Shown: positions 48,750 to 58,044, counted from the stretch's first letter. The stretch: 64,000 nt of DNA from an uncultured Acidobacteriaceae bacterium (GCA_963723135.1 CAVRPN010000007.1:1229373-1293372); one strand, 5' to 3'. Numbers and translations: made by a program. Notes: a model not told the origin generated them from the sequence alone.

Positions 48750-51689
48750 CTATTGCAGCTTCGTGTACTCGGCTTTGGCTTGCTTGAGGATGGGGGCTTC
48801 GGGATCGGCGTGTTTCCAGATCGCGAAAAAATTTGTGTAGTCAGCGCGGGTGCGGGCACGGGACGCTTCGGCATCCGCACCCTGCGATCGCCCAGTCTCG
48901 AGTGCATGGGCGCGAGCCAATCCCAACCGCGCCAGCGCTCCTGTCCAGCAGTTGCAGACGAGGCCGCTGTGGTCCAGCACCTTCTGAAATTCAGCGGCGG
49001 CGGAGGCTCCCTCGCCCATCGCCAGGTACGCCTGCCCGCGCACATAAGCGGCGTACAGGCAGGAGCCGTTCGCACTGAACGGAATCAACGCCAGTTCCAG
49101 CGGCCTGGTCTTCTGCAGCAAATCCACGGCCGCGGGCGCGTTCTTCTTCTCCAGCGCCAGTTGCGCTGCGATGACGGGAAGCCACAGCGACTGCATCTGC
49201 GTATCGAGCGGAAACCTTGCGGAAAGATTCTTAGCCAGAGCTTCAGCCCGCGGCACGTCGCCGCTCAGGGCGTAGGCCAGAATCGCTTCCACCTGCGCTC
49301 CCGGACTCTCGCTCCCCAGCCGGAGGGCCGCGGCCGCTGCCTGTCTGGCTTCTAGGGCGTTGCCGAAACCGGCTTCGCGCAGGGCGGCGTTGGCTTGCCA
49401 CATGGCGGCGTTTTCCTTGTTGGCCGCTCTCGTGGAGGCCTCCACGGCCTGTGCCGTCAACTCACGGGCTTTATGCAATTGCCCGCCGTAGGCCGCCGTG
49501 TCGGACTCCAGCGCAAGCCCGTGACTGCGGTACTCCGTCTGGCTTTCCAGCCAGGAGAACTCCTGCGCCATGCCCGCCCCATCCCCTGCCAGAAACTCCA
49601 CCGCATACAAATTCATGTGGATGTTCAGTTCGTCCAGTTTTCGCGCTTCCGCCTCCAGCAGAACTTGCCGTGCCTCGCTGCTGCGCTGCACCGCCAGCAG
49701 CGCCGCTGCCACGTTCACATAGCCAATTACGTTGTCAGGCGAGAGGCGCAGGAATTCCCGATTCGCCGCCAGCGCTTTCTCGTGCAATCCCAGTTCCGAC
49801 TCCGCCATCGCCAGGCTGCCGTAAGCCACGTAATCCCGCGGATAACTTTCCACCCACTCCTGGTAGATTTGCGCGGCTTTCTCCAGTTCGCCGGTCACGT
49901 CGAGATAGTAATACCCGGCAATCAGCAGCCTTTCGCGCTCGCTGGCGCGCTCGCGGAACTCAAACGCCTTGCTGTAGTACTCGCGGGCATGGCCGTATTC
50001 CGCGATGTCGGCATAGTTTCCGCCTACCGCCCAGTACGCCAATGCGAACTTCGGGTCCAGGGCAATGGCTCGCAGGCCGTGTGGCAGCGCCGCTGCGGAA
50101 CCTTTCTCCCGCATCGCTTTATATTGCAGGCTATATTCCTTCAGCGCCTCGAGCGACGAGGTCGTCGCTTGTTCCAGCGGCATATCAAACTTCTGCACGG
50201 TGGCCAGCGATTCGCCCAGTTCACTCCGGAGCTTGCCGGCCGCACCGCCCAGGGCATCGAGGACTTTTTCTTTCGATGAGGCGGTGATCTGCTGCTGCGC
50301 CAGAATGTCTCCGCTCTGGCAATTCACGGCCTTGAGGCCGATCACGTAGTCGCTGCCCAGGCTGGCGATAGCCCCGGCGATGTACGCCTTGCTGCCCGAG
50401 CGCTGGCAGATTTCCCGCGCCACTCCCGGCGCCAGCGGCGTGTCGGCGGGACGCGTCATTTGCTTAAGAGTGGCCGCGATCTGGTCATCGGAGAGAATGT
50501 TCAGGAACGGCGACTGCAGCAGGGTCATGCTGAGCCCCTGCTTCAGCGTGTCATCGAACACCGGGTCGCCGGTCGAGTTCGCGAAATCTCCCAGCACGAT
50601 GGTGTCTTTCTCGCTCAGTGTCAGGTTGCGAAGGGACCGATAGTACAGCGCGCCCGCGATTATCAGGGCGGCCATCACAGCAGCAATTGCGATCAGGATT
50701 TTTCTACGCGGAGCCACTGCTCCGGCCCGCGAAGACTCGGTGGCAACAGCTGCCGAACCAGGCCGAAAGATCTGTCCGGTCGAACCAACCCCGGTTCCAG
50801 GATCGGTCGCCGCCGTCGCAGAACGTCCCGACTCCGTATCCCGCTTCAGTCGTTGCAAGTCGGCCCGCATGTCGGCCGCGCTCTGGTAGCGCAGTTCGCG
50901 GTCCTTCTCCATGGCCTTGTTGATGATGCGGCCCAGCTCCGCCGGAACCTGGGGATTCACCTGCACCGGCGCAACCGGCGCCCCGTGCAGGATGCCATCG
51001 AAAATGGCGGCCGACGTGGTCCCCGAGAACGCCGCTCGCCCGGTCGCCATTTCATACAACACCACTCCGAAGCTGAACAGGTCGGTGCGCGCATCCAGCT
51101 GCTTCCCCAGCGCCTGTTCCGGCGACATGTAGGCGACCGTGCCCAGCGCGTTCCCTGCCGCCGTCAGATCGCCGCGATCGTCGCTCTGCGTAGGCGCAGA
51201 CTCTCCCGCGCTGTCGCTCGACACCACTTTCGCCAGCCCGAAATCCAGAATCTTGGCGTGGCCCCGCCGGGTCACGAAGAGGTTTCCCGGCTTGATGTCG
51301 CGATGAATGATTCCCGCCGCGTGCGCGGCATCCAGCGCGTCGGCGATTTCAACCGCTATCCGCAGCAGTTCGCCGAGCTCCAGCGGCAGCCCCGCAATGC
51401 GGTGCCGCAGCGCCACGCCGTCGAGCAACTCCATGACGATGAAGGCCCGTCCGTCGCTCTCGCCAATCTCGTGGATGGTGCAGATATTCGGATGGTTCAG
51501 CGCCGAAGCCGCCCGCGCTTCCCGGCGAAAGCGCTCCAGGGCAACCGGGCTTTGGGCCAGGTGATCGGATAGAAATTTCAGCGCCACGCGGCGCCCAAGC
51601 GTAAGGTCTTCCGCCTCGTAGACCACGCCCATGCCGCCGCCCCCGAGTCGGCCCACGATGCGGTAGTGCGAGATGGTCTCCCCGATCAC
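48750..51689 (-). CDS. Ser/Thr protein kinase with a TM segment and a large TPR-repeat domain
   Basis: GTG start. The Hanks kinase motifs are [28 protein letters not shown] and YMSPEQ. One TM follows ([20 protein letters not shown]), then about 600 aa of TPR-like repeats. Confidence 0.9.
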   Translation of the reverse strand: MIGETISHYRIVGRLGGGGMGVVYEAEDLTLGRRVALKFLSDHLAQSPVALERFRREARAASALNHPNICTIHEIGESDGRAFIVMELLDGVALRHRIAGLPLELGELLRIAVEIADALDAAHAAGIIHRDIKPGNLFVTRRGHAKILDFGLAKVVSSDSAGESAPTQSDDRGDLTAAGNALGTVAYMSPEQALGKQLDARTDLFSFGVVLYEMATGRAAFSGTTSAAIFDGILHGAPVAPVQVNPQVPAELGRIINKAMEKDRELRYQSAADMRADLQRLKRDTESGRSATAATDPGTGVGSTGQIFRPGSAAVATESSRAGAVAPRRKILIAIAAVMAALIIAGALYYRSLRNLTLSEKDTIVLGDFANSTGDPVFDDTLKQGLSMTLLQSPFLNILSDDQIAATLKQMTRPADTPLAPGVAREICQRSGSKAYIAGAIASLGSDYVIGLKAVNCQSGDILAQQQITASSKEKVLDALGGAAGKLRSELGESLATVQKFDMPLEQATTSSLEALKEYSLQYKAMREKGSAAALPHGLRAIALDPKFALAYWAVGGNYADIAEYGHAREYYSKAFEFRERASERERLLIAGYYYLDVTGELEKAAQIYQEWVESYPRDYVAYGSLAMAESELGLHEKALAANREFLRLSPDNVIGYVNVAAALLAVQRSSEARQVLLEAEARKLDELNIHMNLYAVEFLAGDGAGMAQEFSWLESQTEYRSHGLALESDTAAYGGQLHKARELTAQAVEASTRAANKENAAMWQANAALREAGFGNALEARQAAAAALRLGSESPGAQVEAILAYALSGDVPRAEALAKNLSARFPLDTQMQSLWLPVIAAQLALEKKNAPAAVDLLQKTRPLELALIPFSANGSCLYAAYVRGQAYLAMGEGASAAAEFQKVLDHSGLVCNCWTGALARLGLARAHALETGRSQGADAEASRARTRADYTNFFAIWKHADPEAPILKQAKAEYTKLQ

Positions 51690-51754
51690 TCCAGAATCTC
51701 AGGCACACCGCCAGGGGACGTCAACGCAGCTCCGGGGGATAGGTGCACAACTCG

Positions 51755-51792
51755 GTATAAAAGCAAAGGGCCGCCTTCCGGCGGCCCTTTGC
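51755..51792 (-). terminator. Rho-independent terminator downstream of the radical SAM gene
   Basis: 13-bp stem GCAAAGGGCCGCC (51763-75), loop TTCC, GGCGGCCCTTTGC (51780-92). On the minus strand it is followed by TTTTAT. Confidence 0.7.
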
Positions 51793-51816
51793 TTTCCTGA
51801 AGGCTGCAGCTTAAAA

Positions 51817-54045
51817 CTAATCCCCTGCCACCGGTTCCGGCATCTCCGGCTTCGGAGCGTGCGCCCCGTTCCCATTACCCTTGGCCAGCGCGCCCAGCGG
51901 AATGAACCCGTTCTCCGCCACCACCGGCTTCTCTTTCAGCACCACCTCGCGATACAGAGAAGCCATGCGTGCGTTATAAGCCTCGTCATCTTTCTGCGGT
52001 CCGCGATGCCGCGCCACTGCCACCTCGCCCTCTGCGTCGGGTGCCCCATTTCTCGCATCTTTTGCGGGAAGTGGGGTAGCGACGGAGGCCGAAGCCGCCT
52101 TCGCATCCCGCGCCCGCTTTTTCTCCTCGCGCGCGTTCTTGGCAATGCCCAGCTTGTCGAGATCGTGTTGCAGTTCAGTGGTGACGATGTCATCGCGCAG
52201 CAGCAGAGAATGCGCCGTGTCTTCCATCTTCACCTTTTTGCCGCCGGCAAAGATCTCATGCCGGCCATGCTCCTCATACCACTTAGTGAGCGTCGCCGTC
52301 ATGTGCATCTTCTCGATGATGTTCCGCCAGCCCACGCCCGTGTTGTAGGCGCAGAAGCTGATCTCGCCCTCCTGCGTCGCGTACGGGATAATGCACTGCT
52401 CCGTCCGCCGGAAGTCATAGTTGAACAGGTCCTGGAACCACATGCCCGCGATGAACAGGAAATTCCACCGGTCCTGCCGCCGCTTCATGACGTCGTCAAT
52501 CGTCCGGTCCGGACCCACCTTCCCGTAATTCTTTCCCGTCGCGTTGAAGTTCTTGTCGAACTTCTTGAGCAGGTCCATCAACTTGAAGTGCGTCGGCGCC
52601 TGGAACGGATCGTAATTCTTCATCAGGCACAGCGCCATCCCAAACACGGTCAGAAATTTCCCGCGCGAAGCATCGTTCACCCGGGCAATGTCCTTGGCCA
52701 GCTGATCGCCCTTCAAAAACGCCGTAACCGGGACAGCTTCCTTGGTTTCCTTATCGATCATCACCGCCATGCCAGTTCCACAGTTAGGGTGACAGCCGCA
52801 TGATAGTTGGCCCCAGTCGTTGTTCTTGTCTTCGACGTGCATCAGGTCGGCCCAGTCGCTGAAGGTCGACATGAAGGAAATCGGGAACCAGTCGCGGCTG
52901 GGTTCGCCTAACCCGGTCTGATTTTTTACGTCGTGGGCGAGATGGCTCAGGGTGTAGCGCTGGGCCTGGCGGCGATCGTCGGTGACGGCTTCGTCGCGGC
53001 CGGTGAAGCTGACGGGCTGGAAGCTCAGGAATCCGATTTTCTTGGGATTGTCGAGCGCGAATTTGATGATGCGTCCGACTTGTTCGTTGTTGATTCCGTT
53101 CACGATGGTGACGACCGGAACGATTTCCACGCCCGCGCGGTGCAGGTTATCGATGGCCTTCAACTTCACGTCGAACAGGTTGCCGACCATGCGGTGGGCG
53201 TTGGCGGCGTTGCCGATTCCGTCGAATTGCAGATAGGCGTAGCGCATGCCGGCTTCGGCGGCCTGCTGCGCGAATTCAAAGCTCTTGGCGAACTCGATGC
53301 CGTTGGTGGCGGCCTGCACGGAGTTGTAACCCACCTGACGGGCGTAGCGCACCGCATCCAGAAAATAAGGCGACAACGTCGGCTCGCCGCCGGAGAACTG
53401 CACGCTCATCTGACGCCGCGGCTTGATGGTGATGGCGTTGTCGAGCATGGTCTTGATTTCTTCCCACTGCAGTTCGTGGACGAAGCCCACCTGGTTCGCG
53501 TCCATGAAGCAGGGATCGCACATCATGTTGCAGCGGTTGGTGAGATCGATGGTCAGCACCGAGCCGCGGCCGTACTTCACCGTGGATGAGCCGTGGTGGT
53601 GCAGCTTCTCGTCGTTGTGGGCACGGATGTCGCGGCCGGGGAAAACGTCTTCCAGATGGCGCGAGAATTCGGTGTCGATCGACATCACATCTTCGAAGTG
53701 GCCGTGCTTGGGGCAGTCCTTGACCATCAGGATCTTGCCGTCACGCTCGACGATGGTGGCCTTGATCTCGCCGATCTTTTCGTTCATCAGAACTTCGTGC
53801 GGGAGGTGGCCGTCGAGAATCTGCTGGCGAATTTCCGGGACACACTTGGGGCACAGCGAATCGGTGGAGCGGGGCCAGCCCAGCGGCGGCTTCGACTTCT
53901 CGTAGGACTTGAGCAGCGGCTTCTCGGACCACTTGGGAGTGGGCGAGGGGTTGGGCTTGATCTGGTTCAGGCGATCGAAGACCACCCATGTCGCCTTGGC
54001 GGCGGCGACGGCGACCTTTTCCACGTATTTGATCGGCTTGCGCAT
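51817..54045 (-). CDS. Radical SAM protein of the tetraether-synthase (Tes / GDGT-MAS, MJ0619-like) type
   Basis: 742 aa. N-terminal Cys pairs CPKC...CPKHGH, the radical SAM motif CNMMCDPC in TIDLTNRCNMMCDPCFMD, GGEPTL, further Cys motifs CGCHPNCG and ISFCAYN, and a ~120-aa Lys/Ala/Glu-rich tail. Confidence 0.75.
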   Translation of the reverse strand: MRKPIKYVEKVAVAAAKATWVVFDRLNQIKPNPSPTPKWSEKPLLKSYEKSKPPLGWPRSTDSLCPKCVPEIRQQILDGHLPHEVLMNEKIGEIKATIVERDGKILMVKDCPKHGHFEDVMSIDTEFSRHLEDVFPGRDIRAHNDEKLHHHGSSTVKYGRGSVLTIDLTNRCNMMCDPCFMDANQVGFVHELQWEEIKTMLDNAITIKPRRQMSVQFSGGEPTLSPYFLDAVRYARQVGYNSVQAATNGIEFAKSFEFAQQAAEAGMRYAYLQFDGIGNAANAHRMVGNLFDVKLKAIDNLHRAGVEIVPVVTIVNGINNEQVGRIIKFALDNPKKIGFLSFQPVSFTGRDEAVTDDRRQAQRYTLSHLAHDVKNQTGLGEPSRDWFPISFMSTFSDWADLMHVEDKNNDWGQLSCGCHPNCGTGMAVMIDKETKEAVPVTAFLKGDQLAKDIARVNDASRGKFLTVFGMALCLMKNYDPFQAPTHFKLMDLLKKFDKNFNATGKNYGKVGPDRTIDDVMKRRQDRWNFLFIAGMWFQDLFNYDFRRTEQCIIPYATQEGEISFCAYNTGVGWRNIIEKMHMTATLTKWYEEHGRHEIFAGGKKVKMEDTAHSLLLRDDIVTTELQHDLDKLGIAKNAREEKKRARDAKAASASVATPLPAKDARNGAPDAEGEVAVARHRGPQKDDEAYNARMASLYREVVLKEKPVVAENGFIPLGALAKGNGNGAHAPKPEMPEPVAGD

Positions 54046-54066
54046 GTGGCTCTTGGCTCCTAACTA

Positions 54067-54091
54067 CAGTTCTCAGTTCTCAGTTCTCAGT
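54067..54091. repeat. Second (CAGTTCT)n microsatellite, 3.5 units plus degenerate remnants up to about 54110
   Basis: CAGTTCTCAGTTCTCAGTTCTCAGT read directly. It starts 22 nt upstream of the radical SAM start codon (54045, minus). Confidence 0.9.
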
Positions 54092-54417
54092 TGCCAATTC
54101 TCAGCACAGGTCAAAACCAAAGCTCCGAGCTGCGACCCTGCTACTGGGAAAACACTTCTGCCCGGGCATTCCGGCCTGCTTTGGCACCTGAGTTCTTACA
54201 CTTTTCCCTGGGTCGTTGGCTGAAACTATCCTATGGGAAGCGGCGGGACAAGGGCATCCGTATGTCAGTGGATGGGGGAAAATAGGGGTTTAGCGGTGGT
54301 TTGGGGGATTGGGTGGGGTTAAGCCATTGATAAGAGAGGGGTTCGGTCCTACAGGGTCTCGTGGTGGAATCGTTCTATTCCATTGATAGAATATTCCATA
54401 TATGGCATAATGTGTGG

Positions 54418-54777
54418 GTGAGTTGGGAGATCGAATTCACGAACGAATTCGAGCAGTGGTGGAACTCTCTCGATGCAGCTGAACAAGAAGACATCGCGGC
54501 CAGCGTCATGCTGCTGCGAGAACGCGGGCCGAGCCTGGGCCGTCCGAACGCTGACGTGGTCATCGGCTCACGGTATCCGAACCTGAAGGAGTTGCGAACG
54601 CAGCATGCCGGAAGGCCTTACCGCACGCTCTTTGCATTCGATCCGCGAAGGGTTGCGATTCTGCTGATTGGAGGCGACAAGACTGGGAACGATCGATGGT
54701 ATGAAGAATTTGTGCCGCTCGCCGACAAGATTTACGAGCAGCATTTGCGGGAGATTGGGAAGGAGAATCGGAAATAG
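54418..54777 (+). CDS. Type II toxin, RelE/ParE superfamily (HigB/Gp49-like)
   Basis: A GTG at 54418 gives MSWEIEFTNEFEQWWNSLDAAEQEDI...LKELRTQHAGRPYRTLFAFDPRRVAILLIGGDKTG. The toxin-first order followed by an XRE antitoxin is HigBA-like. The start could also be 54412 or 54361. Confidence 0.75.
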   Translation: MSWEIEFTNEFEQWWNSLDAAEQEDIAASVMLLRERGPSLGRPNADVVIGSRYPNLKELRTQHAGRPYRTLFAFDPRRVAILLIGGDKTGNDRWYEEFVPLADKIYEQHLREIGKENRK

Positions 54778-54792
54778 GACCGGGGGGATACG

Positions 54793-55122
54793 ATGGCAAA
54801 GAACTTTCGTGAACTGGAAGCAAAGATGTCGCCGGGGTCACGGGCTCGGGCAGAGGCAAAAGTAAAAAGGATGCTGGCCGAGATGCCGTTGGATGAACTG
54901 CGTGAAGCGCGGGAGATGACTCAGGTGCATCTGGCGAAAATCCTTGGCGTGAATCAGGCGGCGGTGTCGAAGCTGGAGCGGCGCACGGATATGTACGTGA
55001 GCACTCTTCAGGACTTTGTGAAAGCCATGGGCGGAGAGTTGAAAATCACGGCGCGGTTCCCTGAGGGGACGGTGGAGATTAATCAGTTTGAGGCGGTCGG
55101 GAAGACGAGCACGGGGGAGTGA
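54793..55122 (+). CDS. XRE-family HTH antitoxin (HigA-like)
   Basis: 109 aa. The HTH lies in LREAREMTQVHLAKILGVNQAAVSKLERR. Confidence 0.85.
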   Translation: MAKNFRELEAKMSPGSRARAEAKVKRMLAEMPLDELREAREMTQVHLAKILGVNQAAVSKLERRTDMYVSTLQDFVKAMGGELKITARFPEGTVEINQFEAVGKTSTGE

Positions 55123-55331
55123 CCCGGTCTAAAATCTTTCCGTTCTCGGTTATCTATTTTGACGATCCTGAATTAGTCGCCATTGTGAGCGGTTGCGCAC
55201 GGCAGGCGGAAGCCGGGTTATTGGAAGGATCGGCTGGATTAGTGAATTGGCGGGGAAGTCAAAAGCCCATGGGGTTAGGCACCGTGGAATCCCACCTTTG
55301 CGCAAAGAACGCGCAAAGATGGGGCACCCGG

Positions 55332-55359
55332 CAAAAACGGCGCGGCTGGAAGCCGCGCC
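55332..55359 (-). terminator. Rho-independent terminator of the small secreted-protein gene
   Basis: Stem GGCGCGGCT / AGCCGCGCC (55339-47 / 55351-59) with a 3-nt loop, followed on the minus strand by GTTTTTGC. A second 8-bp hairpin GGCGGACA-GGAG-TGTCCGCC lies at 55382-55401. Confidence 0.6.
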
Positions 55360-55423
55360 CTTTCATGACAAAGTCAAGAGCGGCGGACAGGAGTGTCCGC
55401 CGCGCAACGCCGGCGAAGGAGGG

Positions 55424-55738
55424 TTAGTCGTTCTCCCAGATGACTTCGGCCTTCCTGGCGGCTTCGTGCTCTTTGCGCAAGAGGCGGGCGACGTCGCCGA
55501 GCGGGGTTACATGTTTCTCGGTGGCGAATTGCCACAGCGGCTGCTCGCCCTGGGCGTAGGTGTAGGGATTCGATCCGAACAGGCTCTGCTCCGAGGCCAT
55601 GTCGTGCTGCGAGGCGTGCAGCGGATGCTCCGACATGATCATCATGGCGGGGGTGTTGGGAAGCACGGGAGCGGAAGTCTGTCCGACTGCGGAGGCGATG
55701 CAGAAGAGGAAAAACACGGCAAACAAGGTAGTTTTCAT
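55424..55738 (-). CDS. Hypothetical small secreted protein
   Basis: ATG 55738 gives the signal peptide MKTTLFAVFFLFCIASAVGQ. 104 aa, lower GC. Confidence 0.5.
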   Translation of the reverse strand: MKTTLFAVFFLFCIASAVGQTSAPVLPNTPAMMIMSEHPLHASQHDMASEQSLFGSNPYTYAQGEQPLWQFATEKHVTPLGDVARLLRKEHEAARKAEVIWEND

Positions 55739-56608
55739 GGCAATGGTCCAAGTCTGGAGGAGCGCGGGCCGCGGCGTTTGGCGCGGCTTCGCAAGGGATA
55801 GATGCAACCCCGATGCCAAACTGGTGCGGCGGCGACTCGGTTTAGAGGCCGAAAAAACAGCCGACGGGCAAGTTTTTGCACAATTGTGGAACAAGCGTCA
55901 ATTCTAGCCGCTTACGGGGTGCGGCGGGGGTTCCGCGGGGGAGCCGGGTGGCTGGAAGTCCTTGCTGGACGGGGGTTTGAGCGGATCCCGGGAATTTTCC
56001 ATGAGGCCGCACGCATCCGGGGACTTGACAGCTAGTCAAGATGTGGTTTACTTCGATCATGGCCACCGAAAAGAATCCCACCAAAGATGTGATTCTGTGG
56101 ATTGTCGCGATCATTCTGGTTGTGATTGCGATCTTCTGGTACAGGCGCTAGGAATCGCAAACCAGTCGGCTTGCCTCCGAGCAGGCGAGCGATGAATGCG
56201 GAACGAACGCCGGCTCCCCGGTCGAAGAAAGTGGTTCGGCGGTTGCGCAACCTCCGGATCCAGGTTGACAGTTTCAAAAGCCGCGATGGCTTGATGCTTC
56301 GTCCTCGATTGTTCCCCATCTGTCCTCTTCCTATCCAAAGATGTCCTTAGATGACCTTCCGACGAGCGGTTCGCACGAGTGCGAGCGACCCAGAGCTGAT
56401 CGGCTCGGTTTCAGCGATGCAGGCTGCTCAAACGGCGCACGCAGCGGGAGGTTGCAGAAATTTTCACAGTTGACACAGACAGGAAACGCGATGACAATCG
56501 CTCGGACATTCTGCTGTCCTCTTGCGTTCTGTGGGGTACAGAGGAACGCAGCAGCCCCTGCGAAACTCAACTGTGTTATTCAACGACTTTAAGGAGAATC
56601 CCTGCCAT

Positions 56609-57718
56609 ATGAAGCAAAGATTAGCTGCACTCAGCCTGCTGGCTGCGTTTGCGGTAGTGGCCTGCCTGGCTACGACTGCGTTTGCCCAGGATGCACAAGA
56701 TACCCTGCCCGCACATCCCCTCTATACGCGGCTCCTGCCGCACCTTACAGCTGGCTCTGGAACGCCGGCCACTCCGCTCACCACGTGGAATGGATCGTTC
56801 GTATACAAGAGTCATACCTACAACTACAACATGGTGGGTACGGCGCCCTCGACGGGGACTTCCACGACCGTTCCTGTGTTCATTATTCCGATCGCGTTGT
56901 CGTTCACCAGCGGGGGGAAAACGACTATTTTCACTCCGACGACGAAGCTCAGCAACGGCCTGACCGCGGTACAGAGCACGCTGCAGTCACCCATCTTCCA
57001 GAATATGGACTGGGTAAGCCCTGAAGGAACCGACTTGGGCACAACCCAATACGAAGACGCATTCCAGCGCGGAAATTTCTGGGGGCAGGTATCGAGCGCT
57101 CCCGGGTACCACGTGTTGCTGGGAACACCAAGAGTAGCGCCGGTGCAGAAGCTGGTGGTTCCCGCGGCGGACGGCAGCGTAGGGAACGAGTTTGGCTTAA
57201 AGGTGGGCCTGGCGGACATCACCTGGTTCGACGGACAGTTGCAGTCGATCCTCACGAAGTTCAAATCGGCCATCAAACCGAACACGCTTCCGATTTTCAT
57301 CACATACAACTCGTACCTAACCGAAGGGCTGTGCTGCATCGGTGGGTATCACAGCTCGTTTGGGAGCGCCGCGGCTCCGCAGGCCTATGCGCACTTCACC
57401 TACATCGGCACGCCGGGAATATTCGCGCAGGACGTGTCGGCACTATCGCACGAAGTGGGCGAGTGGCTGGACGACCCTCTGGTCGTCAACACCGGCGGCA
57501 ACCCAGTGCAGTGCGGAATTCTCGAAACTGGCGATCCGGAAGAAGGTTTCGCCAACTTCGGAGCATTTCCCTACACGCTGAATGGGTCTACCTATAACCT
57601 GCAGGATCTGGTCTATCTGGAATACTTCGGGGCGCCGAATACCACTTCTGTGGATGGCGGCGCGTTGTCGTTCCACGACAATCCTTTCCACCTGGGCATC
57701 TGCAGCAACGGTGGCTAG
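56609..57718 (+). CDS. Hypothetical secreted protein
   Basis: ATG 56609 with AAGGAG at 56591. Signal peptide MKQRLAALSLLAAFAVVACLATTAFAQ. 369 aa, followed by a strong terminator. Confidence 0.55.
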   Translation: MKQRLAALSLLAAFAVVACLATTAFAQDAQDTLPAHPLYTRLLPHLTAGSGTPATPLTTWNGSFVYKSHTYNYNMVGTAPSTGTSTTVPVFIIPIALSFTSGGKTTIFTPTTKLSNGLTAVQSTLQSPIFQNMDWVSPEGTDLGTTQYEDAFQRGNFWGQVSSAPGYHVLLGTPRVAPVQKLVVPAADGSVGNEFGLKVGLADITWFDGQLQSILTKFKSAIKPNTLPIFITYNSYLTEGLCCIGGYHSSFGSAAAPQAYAHFTYIGTPGIFAQDVSALSHEVGEWLDDPLVVNTGGNPVQCGILETGDPEEGFANFGAFPYTLNGSTYNLQDLVYLEYFGAPNTTSVDGGALSFHDNPFHLGICSNGG

Positions 57719-57740
57719 CCGCTCAGGTTTCAAAAACCCA

Positions 57741-57770
57741 AACCCGCTCCGCAAGGAGCGGGTTTTTTTC
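57741..57770 (+). terminator. Rho-independent terminator
   Basis: AACCCGCTCC-GCAA-GGAGCGGGTT followed by TTTTTTC. Confidence 0.85.
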
Positions 57771-57822
57771 TCTTCGTTATTGCCGTTTCCTTTGCGGCCG
57801 GCCGTCAGAACCGTGTGACCGT

Positions 57823-58044
57823 CTAGAATCTCTTTCGAAGAAATTCGAAGAGGATATAGGCCGTGAGCGCAGCGATCGTGGCAATTTCAAAATTGGCGGC
57901 GGTAAAAATATCCACGATTGCCCATGCTACACCCCTCTTTTGCCCCATCCCCGAGCGTTCAAACTCTCCCATCAGGAGATTGGAATAGAACAAAAAGATG
58001 ATGAAGCCTATCTCGATCACTGCTCTCCAGACGCTGGTCTTCAT
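57823..58044 (-). CDS. Hypothetical small membrane protein
   Basis: ATG 58044 gives a 73-aa protein with two hydrophobic helices (MKTSVWRAVIEIGFIIFLFYSNLLMG...AANFEIATIAALTAYILFEFL). Confidence 0.4.
   Translation of the reverse strand: MKTSVWRAVIEIGFIIFLFYSNLLMGEFERSGMGQKRGVAWAIVDIFTAANFEIATIAALTAYILFEFLRKRF

Noticed and set aside
51817-54045. Tes-like radical SAM as the missing component A of the AmmeMemoRadiSam system
   Set aside because: It lies 30 kb from the Memo-like gene. It is far larger than component A enzymes and has a different Cys-motif architecture.
54181-54200. Sigma-54-like TGGCAC element (TTGGCACCTGAGTTCTTACA)
   Set aside because: The -12 element is TTCT instead of TTGC, and there is no enhancer-binding-protein gene nearby. 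It is probably chance.
55119-55427. 102-aa plus-strand ORF after the antitoxin
   Set aside because: The sequence is made of hairpins and REP-like segments (…CCACCTTTGCGCAAAGAACGCGCAAAGATGGGGCACCC…) and terminator stems for the convergent gene. It has no start context and no motifs.
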